In this document: in pieces, positions 20,501 through 25,759 of the stretch
How positions within the stretch are numbered: position 1 is the stretch's first letter
Layout: each line of letters begins with the position of its first letter
Virus record (IMG/VR): IMGVR_UViG_3300009152_000183
Span: 1-25,759 of that record
DNA from: a virus
Taxonomy: Duplodnaviria > Caudoviricetes
Reading direction: 5' to 3' (one strand)
DNA: 25,759 nt
The notes under the pieces: generated by a model
Told to the model about the DNA's origin: nothing
Databases searched by the model: none
The model's input: the letters and a program-made list of their open reading frames with translations, nothing else
Position numbers and translations under genes: made by a program

Positions 20501-21971
20501 TCAGGGGCAGAAAGAATCGTTTGTTGTTGGTGCAGGATTGAGTTACTACAATAATTCAAACGTACTAGTATCTCTTGCAAGTACTTTTATTAGAAGTTCT
20601 TCAGGTTCTGGAGACCAATATTCCGGAAACTTTATAAGAGTTGATCATTTTAATCATGGAATGTATGGAAATACTAATAAACTTTCTATTAGAGATGCTC
20701 GATCCAGCACAGCACCAACTACTCTTTCTACAATATTAACCTCACAAGAAATAGCAACTGTTAGCATTGGAGATACGTCAAATTTTGCAATTTTTGAAGG
20801 AATTCGAGTAAATGGTAATAATCCTGGATATATAAAAATTGAGAATGAAATTATTGCATATAATGATGTTGGAAACGGAACTTTAACAATTGCTTCCAGT
20901 GGAAGAGGAATTGATTCGACAATTGTAGTTCCACATGATATCAATAGTGTGGTATACAAGTATGAATTAAATGGTGTTTCTTTAAGAAGAATTAATAAAA
21001 CTCACGATATTAGTGATGTAAATATAGGATTGGATAGGTACTATATTGAAATTGATAGAACCACAAATGGAGTAAATAGAAGTGCTGACGGATCCCCCGC
21101 AGGAATGCCCCAACTGCAATTTACTTCAGAATCAACATTAGGAGGTTCTAAAGTCCTTGCAAGTGAAAATATTCTTTATAGTTCTATAGTACCGACATAT
21201 GATCTCATTACTCCGGGATCTTCTACATCTGTTTCATCTTTCATTAGAACAGTTTCCGGAACAAGTGTAAGCGGAAATGAGACTTCATTCTTGGATAATA
21301 GAATTGAACCAATTCAGTTGAATGCATTAAATACCCTGAGAAGCGTGAGACTTGTATGCTCCAAAGAAAATGAAACTGAATATCTTAATAATTTAGATAG
21401 AAATAAATCATTTACTACTGGAATAACACTCAATACTTCGGATAGTAATCTATCTCCAATTATTTACTTAAATACTGCTTTTACTGAATTTATTTCTAGT
21501 CGCTTAAATAATCCTATTTCAGATTATGCATCAGATGGTAGAGTTAATTCAATATTAAATGATCCACATGCTGCAGTATATGTCTCAAATACTGTAAACT
21601 TGGCACAACCATCTACTACACTAAAAGTTATTTTATCAGCATATCGTCATTCTTCTGCTGATTTTAGAGTTCTTTATAGTTTAATTAGACCAGATTCGAG
21701 TGAAGTTGATCAATCATTTGAATTATTCCCTGGATATGATAATTTGACATATACAACTGAGGACGGATATGAAGTTTTAGATACATCAAAAAATAGTGGA
21801 TTACCAGATACTTTTGTATCACCAAGTCTTGATAATCAATTCCTAGAATATCAATTTACTGCCGATAATTTGGGATTATTTAGCGGATATACTATTAAAA
21901 TTGTAATGTCTGGAACTAATCAGGCATATCCACCAAGAATCAAAGAACTTAGAACACTTGCAGTAAGATGA
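14580..21971 (+). CDS. Large virion structural protein, VrlC-like / DUF4815 family, 2463 aa
   Basis: N-terminus MAQKTNLNISPYYDDFD..K.FYKVLFNPGRPIQARELTTLQSILQNQIESFGSHIFKEGSMVIPG, plus APGADRFK, RTYDESGDY, RRYTMRDIG.IE.R...LE..TSLSLLE, RFKSGFFVDDF, DPLAQSF, GSLFKSQNGSIWT..Q..DLKF and a C-terminal PRIKELR.LA. This is the conserved gene after gp8 in T4-like cyanophages. Confidence 0.85.
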   Translation: MAQKTNLNISPYYDDFDSEKNFYKVLFNPGRPIQARELTTLQSILQNQIESFGSHIFKEGSMVIPGNIAYDGQFYAVKLNPTNFGVNISNYIEKFIGKKIIGQISGTTAIIQYVALPDNINVEYLTIYVKYLDSDSNFKFNPFENGESLIASENITYGNTTINAGTPFTSLISLNATSIGSAASIGDGVYFIRGYFTKVSKQTIILDNYTNTPSYRVGLNIGELIINAKDDNSLFDNAKGFTNYAAPGADRFKLNLTLTKKLLSDTNDTDFVELLRVENGKIKKIETKTQYNIIRDYLAERTYDESGDYAVTQFNSSIHNSLNDRLGNNGLFFNTETTQEKNTPSDDLMCVKISPGKAYVRGYDVEKTSTTIIDVQKPRDTQSVDNVNIPFEMGNIIRVNNVSGTPRKRYPVELNNRFAGVGTTIGAARVYNFSLTDAAYTNAATNWDLYLYDIQTYTTLVLNSSISSSELPATSFVKGKSSGASGYAVAAGGGSDTINLSQTSGTFSVGEQLIINGIDFSRSIKTITSYSTEDIKSIYQSTTVSGLSVNFNADCLLERFRFPNGVVNATISGGNTVTSPGKVFTGVKVGSIIRYQTTTGDETFNRVTNVAANGLTLTVATAGAAVSGVYSGTVTNGTYNISLGAPIIRNEGAGYLYAQLPDSNISSVNLSDSLLTVSEQITGETTDGSGVLSFNLSQITGITSAFFTTFDQERYSVHYSGGGIGTITSDQFSLSGNTVTISGLTAGQSNIAVNTTLIKNGIRSKIKEYNRSKTLSVSLSKYSQSGSGISSSIGDGLTYNQYYGLRVQDEEISLNYPDVVKVISVYESFDSSEPTLDEVQFASSANVSTNAIIGENILGNTSKAIARVVAKSISNPNVLGIVYLNPERLVVGETVKFNDSNITTDIQSITLGKYKDITNSYSLDKGQKDQYYDYSRIVRNKGEIEPSKKLLIVFDYYSVPSNDNGDVFTVLSYSDRDRFATDIPTIGPRSVRASDTLDFRPRVPVFSGSSSSPFDFSSRNFTIEPKLILSPNESSLVGYNNYLPRIDKLYLDKFGKFILEKGISSKDPKEPNKNDAVMEIATIKLPPYLYNPSDAIISLVDNRRYTMRDIGLIEDRVQNLERVTSLSLLEINTQTLQIQDSEGRNRFKSGFFVDDFKNYALINKQLSNIRVNTAANELTPITSRNSLKSQIAPATADIDEDLDLSENFELLDPNVQKTGNAVTLKYESIGWIEQAFATTVENVNPFNVIVYSGDLKLSPEIDTWVRTVQLPDKNVSITLNSTRALERNLVSNAFVTLTPIQTTSTSVVSLPEIFGQGNWTESSISTSESSSTATSTTSNTTQSIDYDTTSNTDTTIRNILVSSSNETFMRSRNTQFSASNLKPGTQFYQFLDGNSGVDFIPKLVEIANDSTLSNYGASGSFTVGETVIGTSNGNNLISFRIATPNHKYGTFNSPSTTYTTNPYVKGESIPSTYSQSSKILNIDTISLSEEAQGKYSGYLIKGMRLVGQTSRAVAYVKDLRLISDNYGDLIGAFYLKDPNANPTPTVRINTGTKTFKLTSSSTNDLGLPGSNSISSAETNYNSDGTLEQWENTVTATTSNLTTQTVTNLTTNTTQSVTTINTHTEITEQRFVDPLAQSFVVGGNVEAPSPNSSNDDVNGAFLTAVDLFFASKDSGNATVKVEIRTVELGTPTRIVIGKSVTLRPDQVNVSNNGETATKVTFDEPIYLPPGREYAIVIISETSDQYELWTAVMGEKTVNTQSLPEADSVTYSKQFSMGSLFKSQNGSIWTANQYQDLKFKLYKAKFTQSTGTAFFYNPTLDESNGYVQRLGNNPLTTLPKTLTIGITTTTNALVIADLSKGRKIVGSQPYVYGYIVGTGSSVSSVALTAGGSNYPNTDTNVSTYNITGSGSGLILSITATNGAITGISTVNPGNGYAIGDVVGIVTSSVSSNTGKDARITISTIGNSLDTLYLSNVQGQKESFVVGAGLSYYNNSNVLVSLASTFIRSSSGSGDQYSGNFIRVDHFNHGMYGNTNKLSIRDARSSTAPTTLSTILTSQEIATVSIGDTSNFAIFEGIRVNGNNPGYIKIENEIIAYNDVGNGTLTIASSGRGIDSTIVVPHDINSVVYKYELNGVSLRRINKTHDISDVNIGLDRYYIEIDRTTNGVNRSADGSPAGMPQLQFTSESTLGGSKVLASENILYSSIVPTYDLITPGSSTSVSSFIRTVSGTSVSGNETSFLDNRIEPIQLNALNTLRSVRLVCSKENETEYLNNLDRNKSFTTGITLNTSDSNLSPIIYLNTAFTEFISSRLNNPISDYASDGRVNSILNDPHAAVYVSNTVNLAQPSTTLKVILSAYRHSSADFRVLYSLIRPDSSEVDQSFELFPGYDNLTYTTEDGYEVLDTSKNSGLPDTFVSPSLDNQFLEYQFTADNLGLFSGYTIKIVMSGTNQAYPPRIKELRTLAVR

Positions 21972-22168
21972 TAAGAGTAGAGGGGCATCAGAATCTATAC
22001 AGAGATGAATGGTCAGGAGCAATTGTAAATTGTGATTCCACTGCATATAATCAATATTTAAGTTCATTATCTATCAGAGATTCTCAAAAAAGAGAATTGA
22101 GTGAAATGAGGAAGGATATTGATGAAATTAAATCTATTCTTAAGGAGTTATTAAATGGATCCAAATAA
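21968..22168 (+). CDS. Small conserved phage hypothetical protein (66 aa) with a C-terminal coiled coil
   Basis: ATGA overlap with the VrlC-like stop. The motif VEGH.NLYRD..SGAIVN.D..AY..Y followed by heptads (ELSEMRKDIDEIKSILKELL) resembles the small gene usually found after the VrlC-like gene in this phage group. Confidence 0.8.
   Translation: MIRVEGHQNLYRDEWSGAIVNCDSTAYNQYLSSLSIRDSQKRELSEMRKDIDEIKSILKELLNGSK
22143..22147 (+). promoter_or_regulatory. Shine-Dalgarno (AGGAG) for the 22155 gene
   Basis: taAGGAGttattaaATG: AGGAG lies 7 nt before ATG 22155. Confidence 0.7.
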
Positions 22169-22325
22169 TATTGAATTGGAAAGTATTAATAAATTATTTG
22201 AATATGAAAAACATGCTAGAGTAATAGATCAACTAAATGAAGATGAATTAAAAATATTTGCAAAATTATACTGCAAATTATACCTAAAACAACAAGAAGT
22301 AGTGTCTACTCTTGCTTCTCTGTAG
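22155..22325 (+). CDS. 56-aa helix-loop-helix protein, candidate NblA-like (phycobilisome degradation adaptor); not in the ORF track
   Basis: Hand translation: MDPNNIELESINKLFEYEKHARVIDQLNEDELKIFAKLYCKLYLKQQEVVSTLASL* (TAG at 22323-22325). It has a strong SD, overlaps the upstream gene by 14 nt, and fills the gap up to the next late promoter. The gene itself is well supported. The NblA assignment rests only on size and pattern, and is about 0.5. Confidence 0.8.
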   Translation: MDPNNIELESINKLFEYEKHARVIDQLNEDELKIFAKLYCKLYLKQQEVVSTLASL

Positions 22326-22326
22326 A

Positions 22327-22334
22327 TATAAATA
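22327..22334 (+). promoter_or_regulatory. T4 late promoter TATAAATA for the 22360-to-neck gene block
   Basis: Perfect TATAAATA in the largest intergenic gap of the window (22326-22359), 25 nt before ATG 22360. Confidence 0.85.
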
Positions 22335-22359
22335 ATAAGTAGATGTTGAAATTGGTTAA

Positions 22360-22704
22360 ATGTCAGCAGTATATGTCACTAATCTAGTAATAAATTCTGG
22401 TACAGACTTTAAACAATCTTTCAATCTGCAAAGTACAGATTCAGAATCTCCATTAAATTTAACTGGATATCAAGTTAACGCACAATTTAGAAAATGGTCA
22501 GGTAGTTCAACTGCTGTAAGTTTTGCTACTACTATAACTAACCCACCATCTTTAGGTCGTGTATATTTGGAGTTATCCTCACAAGATACAGAATCCATAA
22601 AACCAGGAAGATATGTATATGATGTAATACTAACTGATGGATATGATGTTAAGACTAGAGTAATTGAAGGGATGGTTCTTGTGAGGGAGGGAGTTACTCG
22701 ATAA
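22360..22704 (+). CDS. Small virion structural protein (114 aa), probable Ig-like beta-sandwich
   Basis: YVTNLVINSGTDF...F......LNLTGY...AQFRK..GS......F.......G...L.LS...T..IKPGRYVYDV.L......TRVIEG.VLVREGVTR is a recurrent family in T4-like cyanophage structural regions. It follows a late promoter. Confidence 0.8.
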   Translation: MSAVYVTNLVINSGTDFKQSFNLQSTDSESPLNLTGYQVNAQFRKWSGSSTAVSFATTITNPPSLGRVYLELSSQDTESIKPGRYVYDVILTDGYDVKTRVIEGMVLVREGVTR

Positions 22705-23228
22705 TGTCTGACATAAAAGTAAGAGTTGGCCAACAAAATGCAATTAAAGTACTTGCGAGTCTTTCTGGTGGAGCAGCATTTTCCGAAAATTCCGGAACCT
22801 CCGTTAATGTAATTGGTGGAATAGCATCAGTTACACAATTAAATGTTTCTGGTATTACTACTCTTGGAATTACTAGTACCACAAACTTAACATCCCAACA
22901 ACTTAATGTTAGTGGTATATCAACATTTGTTGGAGTAGCAACTTTCAGAAATGATGTTTATATTGATGGTGATCTTTATATAAGAGATGATTTAAGATTT
23001 GATGAATTTACTGCTAGAAACGCAAATATAACTGGAATTGCAACTGTTTCAAGTGCTTTTTATTATGGACAATATAATACTGGGGGAGTTGCATATTTTG
23101 ATTCTACCGGTCTTATGGTTTCTACTGGTTCTACCAGCAGTGCAATTAATTATACCAACTATATACTTACAACAGATAATGTTGGAATTACTACCTGGTC
23201 AAGCACAATAGATGGGGGAGAATACTAA
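22704..23228 (+). CDS. Short fibre-like virion structural protein (174 aa)
   Basis: TAATG-coupled at both ends. N-terminal IKVRVGQQNAIKV, internal QLNVSGITT / QLNVSGIST / NANITGIAT beta-repeats, and a C-terminal W...IDGGEY typical of fibre-like proteins upstream of gp13. Confidence 0.75.
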   Translation: MSDIKVRVGQQNAIKVLASLSGGAAFSENSGTSVNVIGGIASVTQLNVSGITTLGITSTTNLTSQQLNVSGISTFVGVATFRNDVYIDGDLYIRDDLRFDEFTARNANITGIATVSSAFYYGQYNTGGVAYFDSTGLMVSTGSTSSAINYTNYILTTDNVGITTWSSTIDGGEY

Positions 23229-24070
23229 TGGCAAAACCAGCAAGTAGGCAACAACTTATAGACTATTGTTTAAGGCGCCTAGGTGCTCCTGTATTGGAGA
23301 TTAACGTTGATGATGATCAGATCGATGATTTAGTTGACGATGCCCTTCAGTACTTTCAGGAGAGGCACTTTGATGGCGTTGAAAGAATGTATCTAAAGTA
23401 TAAAATTACTCAAGCAGATCTTGATAGGGGTAGAGGTAGAAATACTAATGGAGTTGGTGTAACTACAACTACAGCAACATCAAATATTACTGGTATTGGA
23501 ACTGTATCATATAACTTTTACGAAACTTCAAATTATATTCAAGTACCAGATTCAGTTATAGGTATTGAAAAAATCTTTAAATTTGATACTAGTTCCATTT
23601 CTGGTGGAATGTTTAGTATTAAATATCAACTGTTTTTAAATGATTTATATTATTTTAACTCAGTTGAACTTTTACAATATGCTATGGTCAAATCATACCT
23701 AGAAGATATTGATTTTTTATTAACCACAGATAAACAGATTAGATTTAATAAAAGACAAAATAGATTATATTTAGATATTGATTGGGGATCGCAATCTAAA
23801 GACCAATATATTGTTATTGACTGTTATAGAATATTAGATCCTAACACATTTACTAATGTTTATAATGATAGTTTTATTAAAAAGTATCTTACAGCATTAA
23901 TTAAAAAGCAATGGGGACAAAATTTAATCAAATTTAGAGGAGTTAAACTTCCTGGTGGAATTGAATTGAATGGTAGAGAACTATATGAAGATGCCGAAAG
24001 AGAATTGGAAGACATTAAGCAAAGAATGGTACTTGAGTATGAACTTCCACCTTATGACTTTATTGGTTAA
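23228..24070 (+). CDS. gp13: Neck protein, T4 gp13-like, 280 aa
   Basis: MAKPASRQQLIDYCLRRLGAPVLEINVDDDQIDDLVDDALQYFQERHFDGVE and ND.FIKKY.TALIKKQWGQNLIKF.GVKLPGGIELNG..LY are diagnostic of gp13. Confidence 0.95.
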   Translation: MAKPASRQQLIDYCLRRLGAPVLEINVDDDQIDDLVDDALQYFQERHFDGVERMYLKYKITQADLDRGRGRNTNGVGVTTTTATSNITGIGTVSYNFYETSNYIQVPDSVIGIEKIFKFDTSSISGGMFSIKYQLFLNDLYYFNSVELLQYAMVKSYLEDIDFLLTTDKQIRFNKRQNRLYLDIDWGSQSKDQYIVIDCYRILDPNTFTNVYNDSFIKKYLTALIKKQWGQNLIKFRGVKLPGGIELNGRELYEDAERELEDIKQRMVLEYELPPYDFIG

Positions 24071-24072
24071 TT

Positions 24073-25470
24073 ATGGCACTTAATCCCTTTTTTCTACAAG
24101 GTTCAGCAAATGAACAAAGATTAATTCAAGAACTCATAAATGAGCAATTAAAAATATATGGAGTTGAAGTTACATACATTCCAAGAAAATTTGTAAGAAA
24201 AGAAACAATTATAAGAGAAGTAACATCATCAAAATTTGATGATAATTTTGCACTCGAAGCTTATGTACAAAACTATGAGGGATATAGTGGATCTGGAGAT
24301 ATTTTAACAAAATTTGGGATGAACTTAAAGGATGAACTTACCTTAATTATTTCAAAAGAAAGATTTGAAGATTTTATTTCACCATTTTTAAAAACAATGA
24401 ATGATGATGAAATTGTATTATCTTCTCGACCAAGAGAAGGTGACATTGTTTATTTCCCTCTAGGAAGAAGATTATTCGAAATTAAATTTGTTGAGCACGA
24501 GCAACCATTCTATCAATTAGGTAAAACATATGTTTATGAGTTGAAGTGTGAACTATTTGAATATGAAGATGAACTTGGTGGATGGGATAATGAGAACACA
24601 ACAGTAGAAGAGATTGATAGTACCTTAATAAATCAGGGTTATATGACATCTCTCGAATTATTCGCATTTGGACAAACTGCTACAGGAATTGCAACTACTG
24701 CATCAGGATATGTTAGGAGAGTTATTTTAAATAATGATGGATATGATTACACATCTGTACCAAATGTTGCTATTTCATCAGCCCCGGCCGGTGGAATAAA
24801 TGCAACTGCTGTAGCAATCACAACACAAAGGGGTGGAGTACATTCAGTACAGAGTATTTTATTAATAAATCCTGGTGCTGGATATCTAGTAACACCTACA
24901 GTTACAATTACCGGAGGAAATGGTACAGGAGCTGTAGCAACTTGTGAAATTGTAAATAATTATTCTGGTATATCTACTGTACAAATACAAAATTTTGGAA
25001 GTGGATATCCAGTGGGGGCAAGTGTTACTTTTAACACTCCTTCTGTAGGATTAGCGGTTACTGCACGAGGAATTGTATCTATAAGTACTACGGGAAGTAT
25101 TGCACAAATATTAATTTCTGATGCAGGAATTGGATACACTACGAATCCTATAGTAACAATATCCCCACCCCCAATTATTACGGGAATAGGAACATTTTCT
25201 TCTAATGAAATTGTTACTGGTTCAATTTCCGGAGCAACTGCAAGAGTTAAAACTTGGAATCAAGTTAAAAATATTCTTAAAGTTGGAACAACTGATGGAG
25301 ATTTTGTTCCTGGAGACATTATTGTAGGATCCGCATCATCTGCCAGATTTAGTGTTAGAAATGTATCTCAAGGAGAGTTCCAAGATAAATATGAACAAAA
25401 TGATGAGATTGAAAGAGAAGCAGATCTCATCATTGATTTTTCAGAATCAAATCCATTTGGTAATTATTAA
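24073..25470 (+). CDS. gp14: Neck protein, T4 gp14-like, 465 aa with inserted repeat domains
   Basis: NPFFLQGS..EQRLIQ.LINEQ.KIYG..V.YIPR, D.LTKFG, RPREGD.VYFP....LFEIKFVEHE.PFYQLGK.YVY.L.CELFEY and the C-terminal IIDFSESNPFG. Confidence 0.93.
   Translation: MALNPFFLQGSANEQRLIQELINEQLKIYGVEVTYIPRKFVRKETIIREVTSSKFDDNFALEAYVQNYEGYSGSGDILTKFGMNLKDELTLIISKERFEDFISPFLKTMNDDEIVLSSRPREGDIVYFPLGRRLFEIKFVEHEQPFYQLGKTYVYELKCELFEYEDELGGWDNENTTVEEIDSTLINQGYMTSLELFAFGQTATGIATTASGYVRRVILNNDGYDYTSVPNVAISSAPAGGINATAVAITTQRGGVHSVQSILLINPGAGYLVTPTVTITGGNGTGAVATCEIVNNYSGISTVQIQNFGSGYPVGASVTFNTPSVGLAVTARGIVSISTTGSIAQILISDAGIGYTTNPIVTISPPPIITGIGTFSSNEIVTGSISGATARVKTWNQVKNILKVGTTDGDFVPGDIIVGSASSARFSVRNVSQGEFQDKYEQNDEIEREADLIIDFSESNPFGNY
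25384..25391 (+). promoter_or_regulatory. Candidate late promoter (GATAAATA) within the gp14 3' end, about 80 nt before gp15
   Basis: NATAAATA match in the QDKY codons, with the same internal placement as at 750 and 14472. Confidence 0.55.
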
Positions 25471-25759
25471 TGTTAGGAACTTATTATTATCATCAAATAA
25501 TTAGAAAGACTATTATTTCATTCGGAACAGTATTTAATGCAATATACATTAAACATCGAGATAAAGATGGTGATCCTTATGATGAACTTAGAGTTCCATT
25601 GGCATACGGGCCAATGCAAAAGTTTTTGGCAAGAATTGAGCAACAACCAGATTTAAACAAACCAGTTGCAATTACATTACCAAGAATGTCTTTTGAAATG
25701 ACATCCATCAAATATGATTCAACAAGAAAAGCAGGAGTTACTCAAACTTTTAAGGCATC
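25470..25759 (+). CDS. gp15: Tail sheath stabilizer / tail terminator, T4 gp15-like (3'-truncated; not in the ORF track)
   Basis: TAATG overlap with the gp14 stop. Hand translation: MLGTYYYHQIIRKTIISFGTVFNAIYIKHRDKDGDPYDELRVPLAYGPMQKFLARIEQQPDLNKPVAITLPRMSFEMTSIKYDSTRKAGVTQTFKA..., with the gp15 motifs FGT.FN, VPLAYGP..KFLAR and LPRMSFE. The frame is open to the window end. Confidence 0.93.
   Translation, partial: MLGTYYYHQIIRKTIISFGTVFNAIYIKHRDKDGDPYDELRVPLAYGPMQKFLARIEQQPDLNKPVAITLPRMSFEMTSIKYDSTRKAGVTQTFKA

Noticed and set aside
863-21971. Inteins, introns or homing endonucleases as the cause of the giant ORF sizes
   Set aside because: No C/S...HN-C/S/T intein ends with Hint motifs, and no LAGLIDADG, HNH or GIY-YIG signatures, were recognised. 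Repeated structural modules account for the length.
22323-22331. TAG stop (the only one among called genes) as a sign of recoding or readthrough
   Set aside because: All long genes are intact under the standard code, and readthrough would add only two residues before an in-frame TAA.
1513-24667. All minus-strand ORFs in the track (60-133 aa) and the + strand ORF 19876..20079
   Set aside because: They overlap well-supported + strand genes, are mostly codon-symmetric antisense shadows, and show no recognisable motifs or expression signals.

Overview
This AT-rich window (roughly 30% GC by eye) is almost entirely coding, all on the + strand. It is the baseplate-to-neck structural module of a large T4-like myophage, most similar in protein style and gene order to T4-like cyanophages (Kyanoviridae-like). 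Gene order: gp6 baseplate wedge (5'-truncated), a giant 4047-aa gp7-type wedge initiator, gp8, a 2463-aa VrlC/DUF4815-like virion protein, four small genes, gp13, gp14, and gp15 (3'-truncated). T4-type late promoter boxes (TATAAATA or NATAAATA) sit at or shortly before several gene starts. The most notable item is a 56-aa gene missed by the ORF track (22155..22325, with a good Shine-Dalgarno). Its helix-loop-helix pattern aligns with NblA, the phycobilisome-degradation adaptor, so it may be a host-photosynthesis effector embedded in the late structural operon. Other points of interest are a G-[IVLF]-G-[TS] / G-[IVL]-[ST]-T motif recurring across most of the virion proteins, a split YHYH-like domain in gp7, and length-matched Thr/Ser-rich beta-strand segments in the VrlC-like protein. 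All family assignments come from recognising motifs by eye; no database search was run.
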